In this document: positions 50,010 through 58,846 of the stretch, one piece after another
Numbering within the stretch: position 1 is the stretch's first letter
How the letters are laid out: each line of letters opens with the position of its first letter
Origin: Candidatus Latescibacterota bacterium
Lineage (GTDB): Bacteria; Latescibacterota; UBA2968; UBA8231
Assembly: GCA_965242865.1 (NCBI GenBank)
Contig: CBDETK010000013.1
Span: 3,840,001 to 3,904,000 of the forward strand
DNA length: 64,000 bases
Reading direction: 5' to 3'
The notes under the pieces: generated by a model
Database searches by the model: none
What the model was told of the DNA's origin: nothing
Seen by the model: only the letters and a program-made list of their open reading frames with translations
Program-made: the position numbers and the translations under genes

Positions 50010-52211
50010 CTAGTTCCCGATGAAGTCGGCGATGGCGCGGGCTTCGGCTGGGGTGAGGTGCAACAACGGCTTGGAGGTGCCTAGGGCAAACACCTGCGGA
50101 TTGGCGAGAAACCGCTCCAAGCGGGGCGGCGTCCACACCTCGTCTCGCGAGCGGAGGGCGTCCGAAAACGGGTAGCCGCCCACCGAGCCGATGCGCCGGC
50201 CAAGCACCCCGACCAGATGCGGACCCCTGCCGTGTTGCTCGGCATTCAGGCTGTGACAACCGCTGCAATGCAGGCCGTATAGCTGAGCCCCGGTCGCCGC
50301 GACCGCCCCTACCGTATCTGGTATCGAGTTCACCCCCGATTCGCAGTCGATCGCATAGACATTGCGGTCCCATTGTGAGTCATCGGCGCAGGGGGCGTAG
50401 GATCGGCTCAGGAAACGGACCCGCCCCCCATCGAACAATAGCGCGAGACGTCGATCCGGCATTTGCGCCAGATCCCGGATCTGGGCACCAACTTCAATGC
50501 GCTCGACGTATTGTACATCCGTGCCGTCGCGGCGGACTCGAAAGAGCGCGTGGCCGCTAGCCGAGGTGCCAGAAAGCGAACCGATCAGCAGGTCGTCTCT
50601 CCACAGGGGGAACCATCGCTCGTCATTGACGATGAGGCTGGAGACGCCGATGGACGGCACCCACGCGAAAACGGGCTTTGTGAAGCCCTCGTGGCGTCCC
50701 ACTTCTTCGATTAGGGGCACGATAACCTTTCCTGCATTCCCAACGCCATAAGTAACTTGCGGCCAACCGTAATTGCCGCCCGCTACCAACACGTTGAGTT
50801 CATCGCCGCCCTGCGGTCCGTGCTCGGTTTCCCACAAGGTGCCGTCCCCGTCCCGGGCGAGCCCCTGCGGATTGCGGAGGCCGAAAGCCAGCGTCTCAGC
50901 CCGGCCGGTCTCGATTTCAATGCGGACGAGCTTGCCAAAGTGCAAGTCCGGGTCTTGAGCGTGGCTATCATAACCATGATCTCCAATTACGACCAATAAG
51001 TGGTCGGGGCCATCCGTCACCATCCGGCCACCTGCTTGGAGTCCTCCGTTGTGGGCGATTGGTAAGCAGGGTTCTGCGTCGAATATCGCTTTCCACGCCG
51101 GCGAGACCACAACGGCCGCGCCTTGTTGCACAAGCGTCGTAGCGGACAACCGGAACCGGAGGCACTCGCCGGTGAAATAGTGATGCGTCACAAACAGTTC
51201 ATACCGCTCCGCCGAATGCTGCTTCAACAAAATGTTGGCCACTCGAAATCGGTCCAAGCGAAAATCTGCTTTGTCCGGGTGCGCTTGGAGTCCGGCCTGA
51301 TTCATCGGCACATTCCCCTCGAGATAGGCCACTTCGCCGGTTGGGCGCACCAGCGCGAGCTTCCCCCACGGCGTTGCCACGAGCAAGTCGTTGCCCAACG
51401 GCGCGAGGGCCCCACCGAGTGCGTGATCCCATCGAAGCCAGGCCCATGCCGATTGTAGATCATACAAGTGCGTCGTGAGTGTCCGGGCGGCACCGACGAC
51501 GCCCAACACCGCTGTCGCTGAGTACGACGCACCCTCTTTGTCATAGTCCACCTGCACCGACACGTGCTTTCCTTGCATGGCAGGCTCCATGAGGTACTCC
51601 CAAGTCGGTTGCCCTTGACGCTTCGGCAATACCTTGCAATCAGACCCGTCCGCGCTACAAATAAACCAATGCCACCGAGATCGGTTCGCAAATGGACGCT
51701 GGCTACCCAAGCCGACCACTGTGAATTCTCCCACCAACGGGGGCGAGGGGCCGTCAATGTCAATCGCATCGGCCGGGGCCGCTTGGAGCGTGGGGGCTGT
51801 TATCGAAGCTAGGGCCGACCACTCGGATGGCCCCTCGGCGTTGACTGCGGCCACCCGAACCTCATACTCCATGCCGCTCATCGCCCCCTCATATGTATAG
51901 GGCGAGGAAGGCGTCGTGTACTCGCGCCAAGCGGGGACGAGTTGGTTTTTCGGTCGGACCGCGACCTTGTAACGGGTCGCGCCAGGGACTTCGCCCCAAG
52001 CGACGGTCAGGCGTCGGTTGGAAGCACTAATGGCGATTTCGGTGGGCGTACCGAAGGCTTCCACCTTGTCGAGGGTGTTTTTGACGTACATGCAGCCAGC
52101 GGATGCCAACAGCATGAGCAAGAGAGCAGTGCCGAAACTAGGAAAGCGGATTTTTCGGGGGGGGGGGATTAACTTATTGTTTTTAAACAACTTACGACAA
52201 TTATTTAACAT
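50010..52211 (-). CDS. FN3 + GSDH + cytochrome c lipoprotein, copy 3 (in frame through C11; phase ON?)
   Basis: MLNNCRKLFKNNKLIPPPRKIRF...ASAGC; GSDH motifs; CSGCH. Confidence 0.82.
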   Translation of the reverse strand: MLNNCRKLFKNNKLIPPPRKIRFPSFGTALLLMLLASAGCMYVKNTLDKVEAFGTPTEIAISASNRRLTVAWGEVPGATRYKVAVRPKNQLVPAWREYTTPSSPYTYEGAMSGMEYEVRVAAVNAEGPSEWSALASITAPTLQAAPADAIDIDGPSPPLVGEFTVVGLGSQRPFANRSRWHWFICSADGSDCKVLPKRQGQPTWEYLMEPAMQGKHVSVQVDYDKEGASYSATAVLGVVGAARTLTTHLYDLQSAWAWLRWDHALGGALAPLGNDLLVATPWGKLALVRPTGEVAYLEGNVPMNQAGLQAHPDKADFRLDRFRVANILLKQHSAERYELFVTHHYFTGECLRFRLSATTLVQQGAAVVVSPAWKAIFDAEPCLPIAHNGGLQAGGRMVTDGPDHLLVVIGDHGYDSHAQDPDLHFGKLVRIEIETGRAETLAFGLRNPQGLARDGDGTLWETEHGPQGGDELNVLVAGGNYGWPQVTYGVGNAGKVIVPLIEEVGRHEGFTKPVFAWVPSIGVSSLIVNDERWFPLWRDDLLIGSLSGTSASGHALFRVRRDGTDVQYVERIEVGAQIRDLAQMPDRRLALLFDGGRVRFLSRSYAPCADDSQWDRNVYAIDCESGVNSIPDTVGAVAATGAQLYGLHCSGCHSLNAEQHGRGPHLVGVLGRRIGSVGGYPFSDALRSRDEVWTPPRLERFLANPQVFALGTSKPLLHLTPAEARAIADFIGN
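52157..52167 (-). repeat. Poly-C tract (C11, coding strand) in GSDH copy 3
   Basis: G11 on + strand. Confidence 0.9.
52170..52194. promoter_or_regulatory. 25-bp AT-rich pseudo-palindrome, site 5
   Basis: + strand TAACTTATTG-TTTTT-AAACAACTTA. Confidence 0.6.
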
Positions 52212-52274
52212 TGCCAATCCAAATGTGCCCTTATGGGAGTCATCTTTTTTCTCTGCCACCCGCTAGCGCCTTTC

Positions 52275-53240
52275 CTACTGACGGCGGTCCACCCAAGAAT
52301 GCAGGGCCATCATTCCCAAGATGATCGCGCCGATGAAGATGTTGTACGCCAGCCCGGGTACGCCGATGAGCACGATGCCGTTGCGCATCAGGCGCAGGAT
52401 GAACACCCCGAGCACCGTACCGACGATGGTGCCGCGCCCCCCCGTTAGGGCCGTCCCCCCAATCACCACCATGGCGATGACCTCTAGCTCGTACCCCGTG
52501 CCGCTGTTGGGGTTGGCCGCGGCCGTGCGGATGGAGCTGATGATGCCAGCGAAACCCGCCATGACGGCCGAGAGGACAAACAGCTTGACCTTGGTGCGCT
52601 CCACGCGCACACCGCGGGCGCGGGCGGCCTCGGCATTGCCGCCGGCGGCTTGGAGCCAGTTCCCCAGCTTGGTCTGCGTCAGCAAATAGCCGAGCAACAG
52701 CACCGCGGCCACAAACCAAAACAGCGACATATACACGCGCAAACCAGCCATCAAAACTCCCGACCAGCACCGCGGCGAGGAAGAGATCGGCGGCATCCCA
52801 AGTCCGCTGCGGAAACCCGCTCGTCACCACCAGCGCACTGCCCCGCACCACCAGCAACATGCCGAGCGTTACCAAAAACGAGGGAATCCGCAAGCGCGTG
52901 ACGAACAGGCCGCTGCACAGGCCGAGGGCCGCAGCCGTGCCCAAGGCGAGGGCAAAGCCGACCTCAATGGACGTGGCCCCGGTGTTGTACAAGGTCCACA
53001 TGAGCACCGGGCAGAACCCGAACAGCGAGCCGACCGAAAGGTCGAATTCCCCAGCCGTCATCAGCAGGGTCATGGCCAGTGCGATCAGCCTAGCTCCACC
53101 GTGAAGGCCAGCATGTTGCCGATGTTGCGCGGCGATAGAAACGCCGGGTTGATCTGCCAGAAGACAAAAATCATCACCAGCAGCAGGGCGAACGGGCCAA
53201 ACTCAGGACGCGACAGGACGCGCTGTACGGCTGCGTTCAT
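52275..53240 (-). pseudogene. Sugar ABC transporter permease (RbsC-like), two frameshifts
   Basis: ATG 53240; shifts near 53090 (gag cta ggc tga) and near 52755; motifs GEFDLSVGS, GGN.EAAR..GV, YELEVIA..VIGG. Confidence 0.85.
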
Positions 53241-54176
53241 CTATTTGCCCGACAGAATGGCGTCGTAGAGCGGGGCCTTGTCGGCCTCGTAGAGTTGGCC
53301 GGTGATCACGTCAAACCCCGCGGGGATGCCGCTGGCAGCCATGGCCGCCAACGACAGGGCCACGTAGCTGGTCGCGTGCGGGGCTTGCCACTGGGCGGCA
53401 TTCACGTATCCGGCGAGCACCTCTTGGGTCGTGTCGAGGGAATTGCCCCAGCCAACGACCGGAATTGCCCCGGGCGCGATCCCGCACTGGTCGAACACGC
53501 GCTTGATGCTACCAGTTACCAAGTCGCCGAGGCCGATGATCGCGTCGATGTCGTCGATGTTGGCCGTCATGTAGTCAACCATGCGGGCGATGGCTTCGGC
53601 TTGGTCGAGGGTCGCGTCGGTGACTTCCCAAGCGATGCCCAACGGCTCAAAGACGCTGGCGACGCCCTGCTCCTCTTGGACGCCATAAGTTGCGCCCGGC
53701 ACTTCCACCGGCATCCAGACGAAGTCGCCGGATTTGACCAAGCCCTTGTCAACCAAGTACTGAGCCCACTGCCGACCAATCTCCACTATATCGCCGCCCA
53801 CGTAAGCGTCAAAGCTGGCAGTGGGATCGGGCGTGTTCATGTTGATGATGGGTATGTTGGCTTCGTTGGCCTCTTGCGCCACCTCCACCAAGCTGCCCGG
53901 ATCTGGGCTGCTGGTGACGATGCCATCGGCACTGGTGGCAATAGCAGCGCGCACGGCCTCCTGATGAGAAGCCACATCGCCGTTGTGGAAGGACATGTTG
54001 ACCTTGTGGCCGGTATCCCGTTCCCACTGACGCGCACCGGCCAGAAAGTAGGTCCACACCGGATCGGCGGGCGAGCCGTGCGAAATCCAGTAAAAGGTCT
54101 TGGCCTCAGCCAACGGCGCGCTCAGAGCCAGCAGCGCGCTGGCGAGCGCAATGATCCTCGTCTTAAACATCGGCAT
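53241..54176 (-). CDS. Sugar ABC transporter periplasmic binding protein
   Basis: Signal peptide; ISHG...DPVW, DGIV, IPII..N; type I SBP pattern. Confidence 0.85.
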   Translation of the reverse strand: MPMFKTRIIALASALLALSAPLAEAKTFYWISHGSPADPVWTYFLAGARQWERDTGHKVNMSFHNGDVASHQEAVRAAIATSADGIVTSSPDPGSLVEVAQEANEANIPIINMNTPDPTASFDAYVGGDIVEIGRQWAQYLVDKGLVKSGDFVWMPVEVPGATYGVQEEQGVASVFEPLGIAWEVTDATLDQAEAIARMVDYMTANIDDIDAIIGLGDLVTGSIKRVFDQCGIAPGAIPVVGWGNSLDTTQEVLAGYVNAAQWQAPHATSYVALSLAAMAASGIPAGFDVITGQLYEADKAPLYDAILSGK

Positions 54177-54185
54177 TTCCCTCTA

Positions 54186-55085
54186 TTATCGGCAGCGGTG
54201 TGCCGAGACGGACAACTCAAGGGCCTCCACCTGCGCCAACAGCGTCTCCCGTTCGTCGGGACACAGGGGTCGCAACGGACGCCGAGGGTCGCCGCACTCC
54301 ATTCCTATGCGCTGACTGACCACCGCCAAGATGCTGCCGAAATAGCCGAATTGCGCCACTGTGCGGTGAAAGGCATTGGCCCGTTGCTGGGCCGCTTGGG
54401 CCGCGGCCAAATCGCCCGCTTGGTAGGCATTCCATAAGGCCATCCACAGCTCCGGGGCCGCGCACAAAGGACCATCGACCGCCCCGACCGCTCCGACGGT
54501 CATGGCGGGCAACATCAGCTTGCCGCTGCCGATAAAGGCGTCTAACCCCATGCCGACGAATTCGAGCAGGTTGGCGAATGTTGGCGACGAGTGTTTCAAA
54601 CCGACTGTCTGGGGCACTTCCTCGACTAGACGCCGCATGAGGGCTGGACTGACATCGAGGCCGGTGCAGGAGGGCAAATTGTAGATGAACAACGGCCGAT
54701 CCGCCGCGGCCCCCACGGCCCGATAGTATTCTACCACGCCATCGTCGTCGCCTTGGTAGAAAAAGGGCGGCACCGCGCATATCGCTTCCACGCCGGCTCG
54801 GGCGGCGTGGGCCGCCAGTTTTTCGGCCCGCGCCGTGGTATTGGCTCCCACGTGCATGATGACCTGCGTGCGCCCCGCGTTCTGGTCGGCGGCGATTTCG
54901 GCGATGCGCTGGTTCTCCTCGTCGTCGAGCAGGACGCTCTCGCCCGTGCCGCCAGCGACCCAAAAGCCGTGGACGCCGGCTTGTATGTTGAACTCCATTG
55001 TGGCGCGGAAGGCTTGCTCGTTTAAGGTCCCGTCCGCGTTTTTCGGACTGACGATCGCCGGCACCACCCCGTGAAATTGCCCCAT
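54186..55085 (-). CDS. DHDPS/N-acetylneuraminate lyase family aldolase
   Basis: G.GTGE, IYNLP, GLKHS Schiff-base lysine; GGAGG RBS. Confidence 0.9.
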   Translation of the reverse strand: MGQFHGVVPAIVSPKNADGTLNEQAFRATMEFNIQAGVHGFWVAGGTGESVLLDDEENQRIAEIAADQNAGRTQVIMHVGANTTARAEKLAAHAARAGVEAICAVPPFFYQGDDDGVVEYYRAVGAAADRPLFIYNLPSCTGLDVSPALMRRLVEEVPQTVGLKHSSPTFANLLEFVGMGLDAFIGSGKLMLPAMTVGAVGAVDGPLCAAPELWMALWNAYQAGDLAAAQAAQQRANAFHRTVAQFGYFGSILAVVSQRIGMECGDPRRPLRPLCPDERETLLAQVEALELSVSAHRCR

Positions 55086-55207
55086 GTTTCCTCCTTGTCC
55101 CTCTATTGTGTATAATACCTCAGCGAGCCTTGCGCGCCGAGGCGAACCGCGCTCAATATAGGCGTCAATCTCTCGGCTTCCAACACGCAGTCCACTAGGA
55201 GAATGAT

Positions 55208-56380
55208 ATGAAAAGCTATCGCGTGGCCATACTCGGTTGCCGGGGCCGCGGCACGGCCGCGGCCCGGGCATACCACGCTCACCCCCGCACGGAAGTCGTC
55301 GCCCTTTGCGACCTCGTGCAAGACCGGCTCGACGCCCTAGGAGACGAACTCGGGGTCGCGGCCCGCTACACCGACCTAGATGCGATGATGGGCCAGCACC
55401 AACCCGACATCGTCGCCATTCCCACCGGCACGGAGTTCCACCACGCGCTGGCCCTGCGCGTCCTCGACTACGGCGTCCACCTCGACATTGAAAAACCGCT
55501 GTGCGTCGATTGCCAGCAGGCCGACGAGGTGCTGGCCAAGGCCCGAGCGAAAAACGTCCGCATCGCAGTGCATCACCAAGGGCGCGTCGGCGTCTATATG
55601 CAAGCCGTGGCCAAAGCCCTGGCCGAGGGACGCATCGGCTCGTTGCGCCACATCCACGCCCACGGCAAAAACTACTACGGCGGCTACAACCTAATGAACA
55701 TCGGCACGCACATCATCAACAACATGCTCAAGGTGGCCGGCCCGTGCCGCAGCGTCGTGGCCACCGCCACCACCGCTGGCCGCCCCATCGCCCCGACGGA
55801 CGTGGTGCCCTCTCCGCAAGGGATGGGCACCATTGCTGGTGAACACATCACGGCGACGCTTAATTTTGCCGGGGGCGTCACCGCAACGCTCCTCCAGCAC
55901 CGCTTCCCCACCTCGGTCAATCCGGTGATGGAATTCTGCGGCAGCGAAGGCCGCTTGGTGCTCTCGCAGCTCGTCTGGAAAAGGGACATCGGCGCCCTCC
56001 TGCTGCCCCAGCCTCACTACGCCCTCAACAACGCAAGAGAACCTTGGGAAGTGCTCTCGCCCATCTACTGCGCGGGCTACGATCCGCAGAGTTCGGCCCA
56101 CCCAGACGACTACGCTTATGTAGAGGAATACGTCGCAGCCCTCGACGCGGGCCGCGAGCACGAATGCAGCGGCCAAGCCGGCCATCACATCGTGGAAATC
56201 ATGATGGGCATTTTCGAGGCCGCCGCGTACGGCAAACGGGTGGATTTGCCCCAGCCGGACCGCACCCATCCCCTCCTGCGCTGGCGGCGCGAAAACGGCT
56301 TGCCGCCGCCCGATTCCATGCCGCGTCCCTACGCCGAGTGGCTGGCGGCCGAGGATGTGCGGTTGGGGCGGAGTGGGTAA
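55208..56380 (+). CDS. Gfo/Idh/MocA family oxidoreductase
   Basis: AILGCRGRG, IEKPL, IGTH. Confidence 0.88.
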   Translation: MKSYRVAILGCRGRGTAAARAYHAHPRTEVVALCDLVQDRLDALGDELGVAARYTDLDAMMGQHQPDIVAIPTGTEFHHALALRVLDYGVHLDIEKPLCVDCQQADEVLAKARAKNVRIAVHHQGRVGVYMQAVAKALAEGRIGSLRHIHAHGKNYYGGYNLMNIGTHIINNMLKVAGPCRSVVATATTAGRPIAPTDVVPSPQGMGTIAGEHITATLNFAGGVTATLLQHRFPTSVNPVMEFCGSEGRLVLSQLVWKRDIGALLLPQPHYALNNAREPWEVLSPIYCAGYDPQSSAHPDDYAYVEEYVAALDAGREHECSGQAGHHIVEIMMGIFEAAAYGKRVDLPQPDRTHPLLRWRRENGLPPPDSMPRPYAEWLAAEDVRLGRSG

Positions 56381-56418
56381 TTCAACAACGGATGGACGGA
56401 CAGGAGGTCCGAATCGAC

Positions 56419-57255
56419 ATGAACGACACTGAAAAATTCCTCTTTGACCTACAGGGCTTCATCGTCGTCCGCGAGTTCCTCTCGCAGCGCGAAGTCAAAG
56501 CCCTGAACGACGCTTTCGACGCGCACTGGGACCAGCGCCGCGAAGACCCAATCGGCGACCCCAGCGGCAACATGGCTGGAACGAACAAGCGCGGTATTTT
56601 CACCGGCATGCTCACTTGGGCGCAGCCCCATTGTCAGCCCTTCCGCGACCTGCTGGCGCACCGCAAGCTCCTGCCCTATCTCGACACCTTGCACGGACGC
56701 GGCTGGAAGCTCGACCACGAGCCGTTCCTGATCACCGGCTCCAAGGGCATCGAGGGCCTGCGCATCCACGGCACCACCAACGTCCTCTTTAATGGCTCTC
56801 GCTTCTACGCGTATTCCAACGGCCAGATGCGCTGTGGCCTGCTCGTCGTCCAGTACACCTTGCACGACCAAAACCCCGGCGATGGCGGCCTCTGCGTCAT
56901 TCCGGGCAGCCACAAGGCGAACTTTGCTTGTCCGCGGAAAATCACGACTTGGGAGGAGCACCCAGAAGTCGTTTACCAAGTGCCCCTGAAGGCCGGCGAC
57001 ATGGTCATCTTTAGCGAGAACACCTTACACGGTGCCCTACCGTGGCAGGCAGACCACGACCGCCGCGCCCTACTCTACCGGTACACGCCCAAGTACCTGC
57101 ACTACGATGGCGGCACGTATGAGGTCAGCCAGCCAGCATGGGTGTCGGAATTGACCGCGGCGCAGCAGGCGGTTCTCGAGCCGCCTTACATCTACCATCA
57201 CCCGCTCATTGAGCCGGATGGCGAGACCGTCGTCCGCCCGCGCCGCGAGGATTAG
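56419..57255 (+). CDS. Phytanoyl-CoA dioxygenase (PhyH) family protein
   Basis: FLFDLQGF, DGG.CVIPGSHK, AGD..IF.E..LHG..PW, RR. Confidence 0.88.
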   Translation: MNDTEKFLFDLQGFIVVREFLSQREVKALNDAFDAHWDQRREDPIGDPSGNMAGTNKRGIFTGMLTWAQPHCQPFRDLLAHRKLLPYLDTLHGRGWKLDHEPFLITGSKGIEGLRIHGTTNVLFNGSRFYAYSNGQMRCGLLVVQYTLHDQNPGDGGLCVIPGSHKANFACPRKITTWEEHPEVVYQVPLKAGDMVIFSENTLHGALPWQADHDRRALLYRYTPKYLHYDGGTYEVSQPAWVSELTAAQQAVLEPPYIYHHPLIEPDGETVVRPRRED

Positions 57256-57398
57256 CCTTGGGCCGCGTACTCTCCTGTTTATATCGCCTCAGTTGACCGG
57301 TACTGTTTCCGCATATTACCGAATATCTCACCAACTCCATCTAAATCAAGCGTCATTCCGCCGAAGACTTATTCTTAGCCAAAGAAGACGAACACAAA

Positions 57399-57432
57399 AA
57401 GGCCCCGACGGTAGAAATACCATCGGGGCCTT
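57399..57432 (-). terminator. Intrinsic terminator
   Basis: Stem AAGGCCCCGATGGTA-TTTC-TACCGTCGGGGCCTT followed by a T-run on the minus strand. Confidence 0.75.
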
Positions 57433-57483
57433 CGCTTTCGCCAATCATGTACATGATCGGCTGTTGGTTTACGTGAGAGCGGC

Positions 57484-57594
57484 TTAGTCCCTATCGATGC
57501 GGCGATTGGTAGCGTCAATAGCTTGCCGCCGTTCGGCAGTACGCTCAAGACGGTCCAAGCGGCGGTCTAACTGCTCGGCGATTGCACGCGCCAC
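57484..57594 (-). pseudogene. Partial or degenerate paralog of the adjacent small coiled-coil gene
   Basis: IAEQLDRRLDRLE resembles IAEQLDKRF / LDRRVGRLE of 57605-57811. Confidence 0.4.
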
Positions 57595-57604
57595 AACTAC
57601 GGCC

Positions 57605-57811
57605 TCAGCCGAACCACAGCTTCAAGGCGAACTGACCGAGCAGCGACGTGATTAGCAGGCCGATGATCCACCGCTGCGCTGCTTCTATGCGATCCAGCCG
57701 CTTGTCCATCGAGTCAAAACGCTTGTCCAGTTGTTCGGCGATGCCTTCGAGCCGTCCTACACGGCGGTCAAGGTCGCGGTCGAGGTTCTGATCCAGCGTC
57801 GGGGTGCTCAT
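57605..57811 (-). CDS. Small coiled-coil protein with C-terminal TM helix (XhlA/DUF1640-like)
   Basis: 68 aa, AGGAG RBS; heptads, then RWIIGLLITSLL. Confidence 0.7.
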   Translation of the reverse strand: MSTPTLDQNLDRDLDRRVGRLEGIAEQLDKRFDSMDKRLDRIEAAQRWIIGLLITSLLGQFALKLWFG

Positions 57812-57959
57812 GGTCAACTCCTGTGATGTGAATAGATGGAAAAGGCCCCTGTCGGACGCGGAGCGGCGTCCGACAGCCGAAGAGGAAGATACGAAAATTC
57901 GGGCGCGATTCAAGCGGCCTTGCTTCAATAAAGAGCCTTCTGCCGCAGCCCCTCCACCT

Positions 57960-58829
57960 CTACCCCTGCCACTCCAAATTGATACTCGTGTACCCGTCCG
58001 TATAGCGGCGCAAATGCTCGGGTAGATTAGCCAAAAACCACTGGCCTTCCGCCGGGATTTCCCAAGGCACGTCAATGCGGTGGCGGCGAGGCCGGAAACC
58101 GATGCCGCAAGACAAGCGCGTCTCTTCAATGCGGTTGGGGAATGCGCCGTGATACGTGCGATGGGCGAAGACGATCATGTCGCCGCCGTTGGTGAAGAGG
58201 GGGACGAGGCCGGGGATGTCGAAGCCGTCGTAGGCGCGTTCCTCTGCGCCCTCTGGGTAGAAGGACCGCCGGTCAGCCGTCATGCGAAACCCTTCCGGTC
58301 CCTCCCAGCCCTCAACGTGGGAATCCTCAATGACGCACAGGCCGCCGTGCTCGGGCCGCGACCCGGTCAGGTAGAACCACTTGCCCGACGGCCACAGCTC
58401 GCGATTGAGGACGTCGCCCGAATGCTTGATCTCGGTCGAATAGCCGCACCAGTCGGTGTGCCACGCCACAGGAGCGGAACCGGTCCGGCGAATGATGGCG
58501 GCCGAGCGGTGGATCGTCAGTTCATCCGTGCCGATCAGGTGCCGGTGAATGTCCATGAAGGGCGCGTAGTCGAGCACCTCCCAAGCACCCGGACCAGACT
58601 CGATCCAAGCGTGCCGCGTGCGGCTCTCACCCGGCTGCAAGGTGCGCTCCGGGTCCGTGCCATCCCACGCCGCCTGCTTGAGCTGGGCGACGATTTCCGG
58701 CGGCAACACGTCTTTGATCACGGCGAAACCGTGCGCCTCCAAGCATTGGTCCACCGCGTCGAGCTCGCTGGTGGCAAACTCATAGCGATAGCCCAAGTCT
58801 GGCTTCTGAATGTGCAAATAGTCTTCCAT
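57960..58829 (-). CDS. Phytanoyl-CoA dioxygenase (PhyH) family protein
   Basis: HGFAVIKDVL, WHTD (HxD), GGLCVIEDSH, TYHGA.PN...R. Confidence 0.85.
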   Translation of the reverse strand: MEDYLHIQKPDLGYRYEFATSELDAVDQCLEAHGFAVIKDVLPPEIVAQLKQAAWDGTDPERTLQPGESRTRHAWIESGPGAWEVLDYAPFMDIHRHLIGTDELTIHRSAAIIRRTGSAPVAWHTDWCGYSTEIKHSGDVLNRELWPSGKWFYLTGSRPEHGGLCVIEDSHVEGWEGPEGFRMTADRRSFYPEGAEERAYDGFDIPGLVPLFTNGGDMIVFAHRTYHGAFPNRIEETRLSCGIGFRPRRHRIDVPWEIPAEGQWFLANLPEHLRRYTDGYTSINLEWQG

Positions 58830-58846
58830 CGTTCCCTCTCCTTGCG

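Noticed and set aside
53295-54437. Long antisense or alternative-frame ORFs (also 3454-4413, 6371-7270, 46106-47086, 61973-62923)
   Set aside because: Shadow ORFs typical of high-GC DNA, overlapping well-supported genes and without recognisable motifs.
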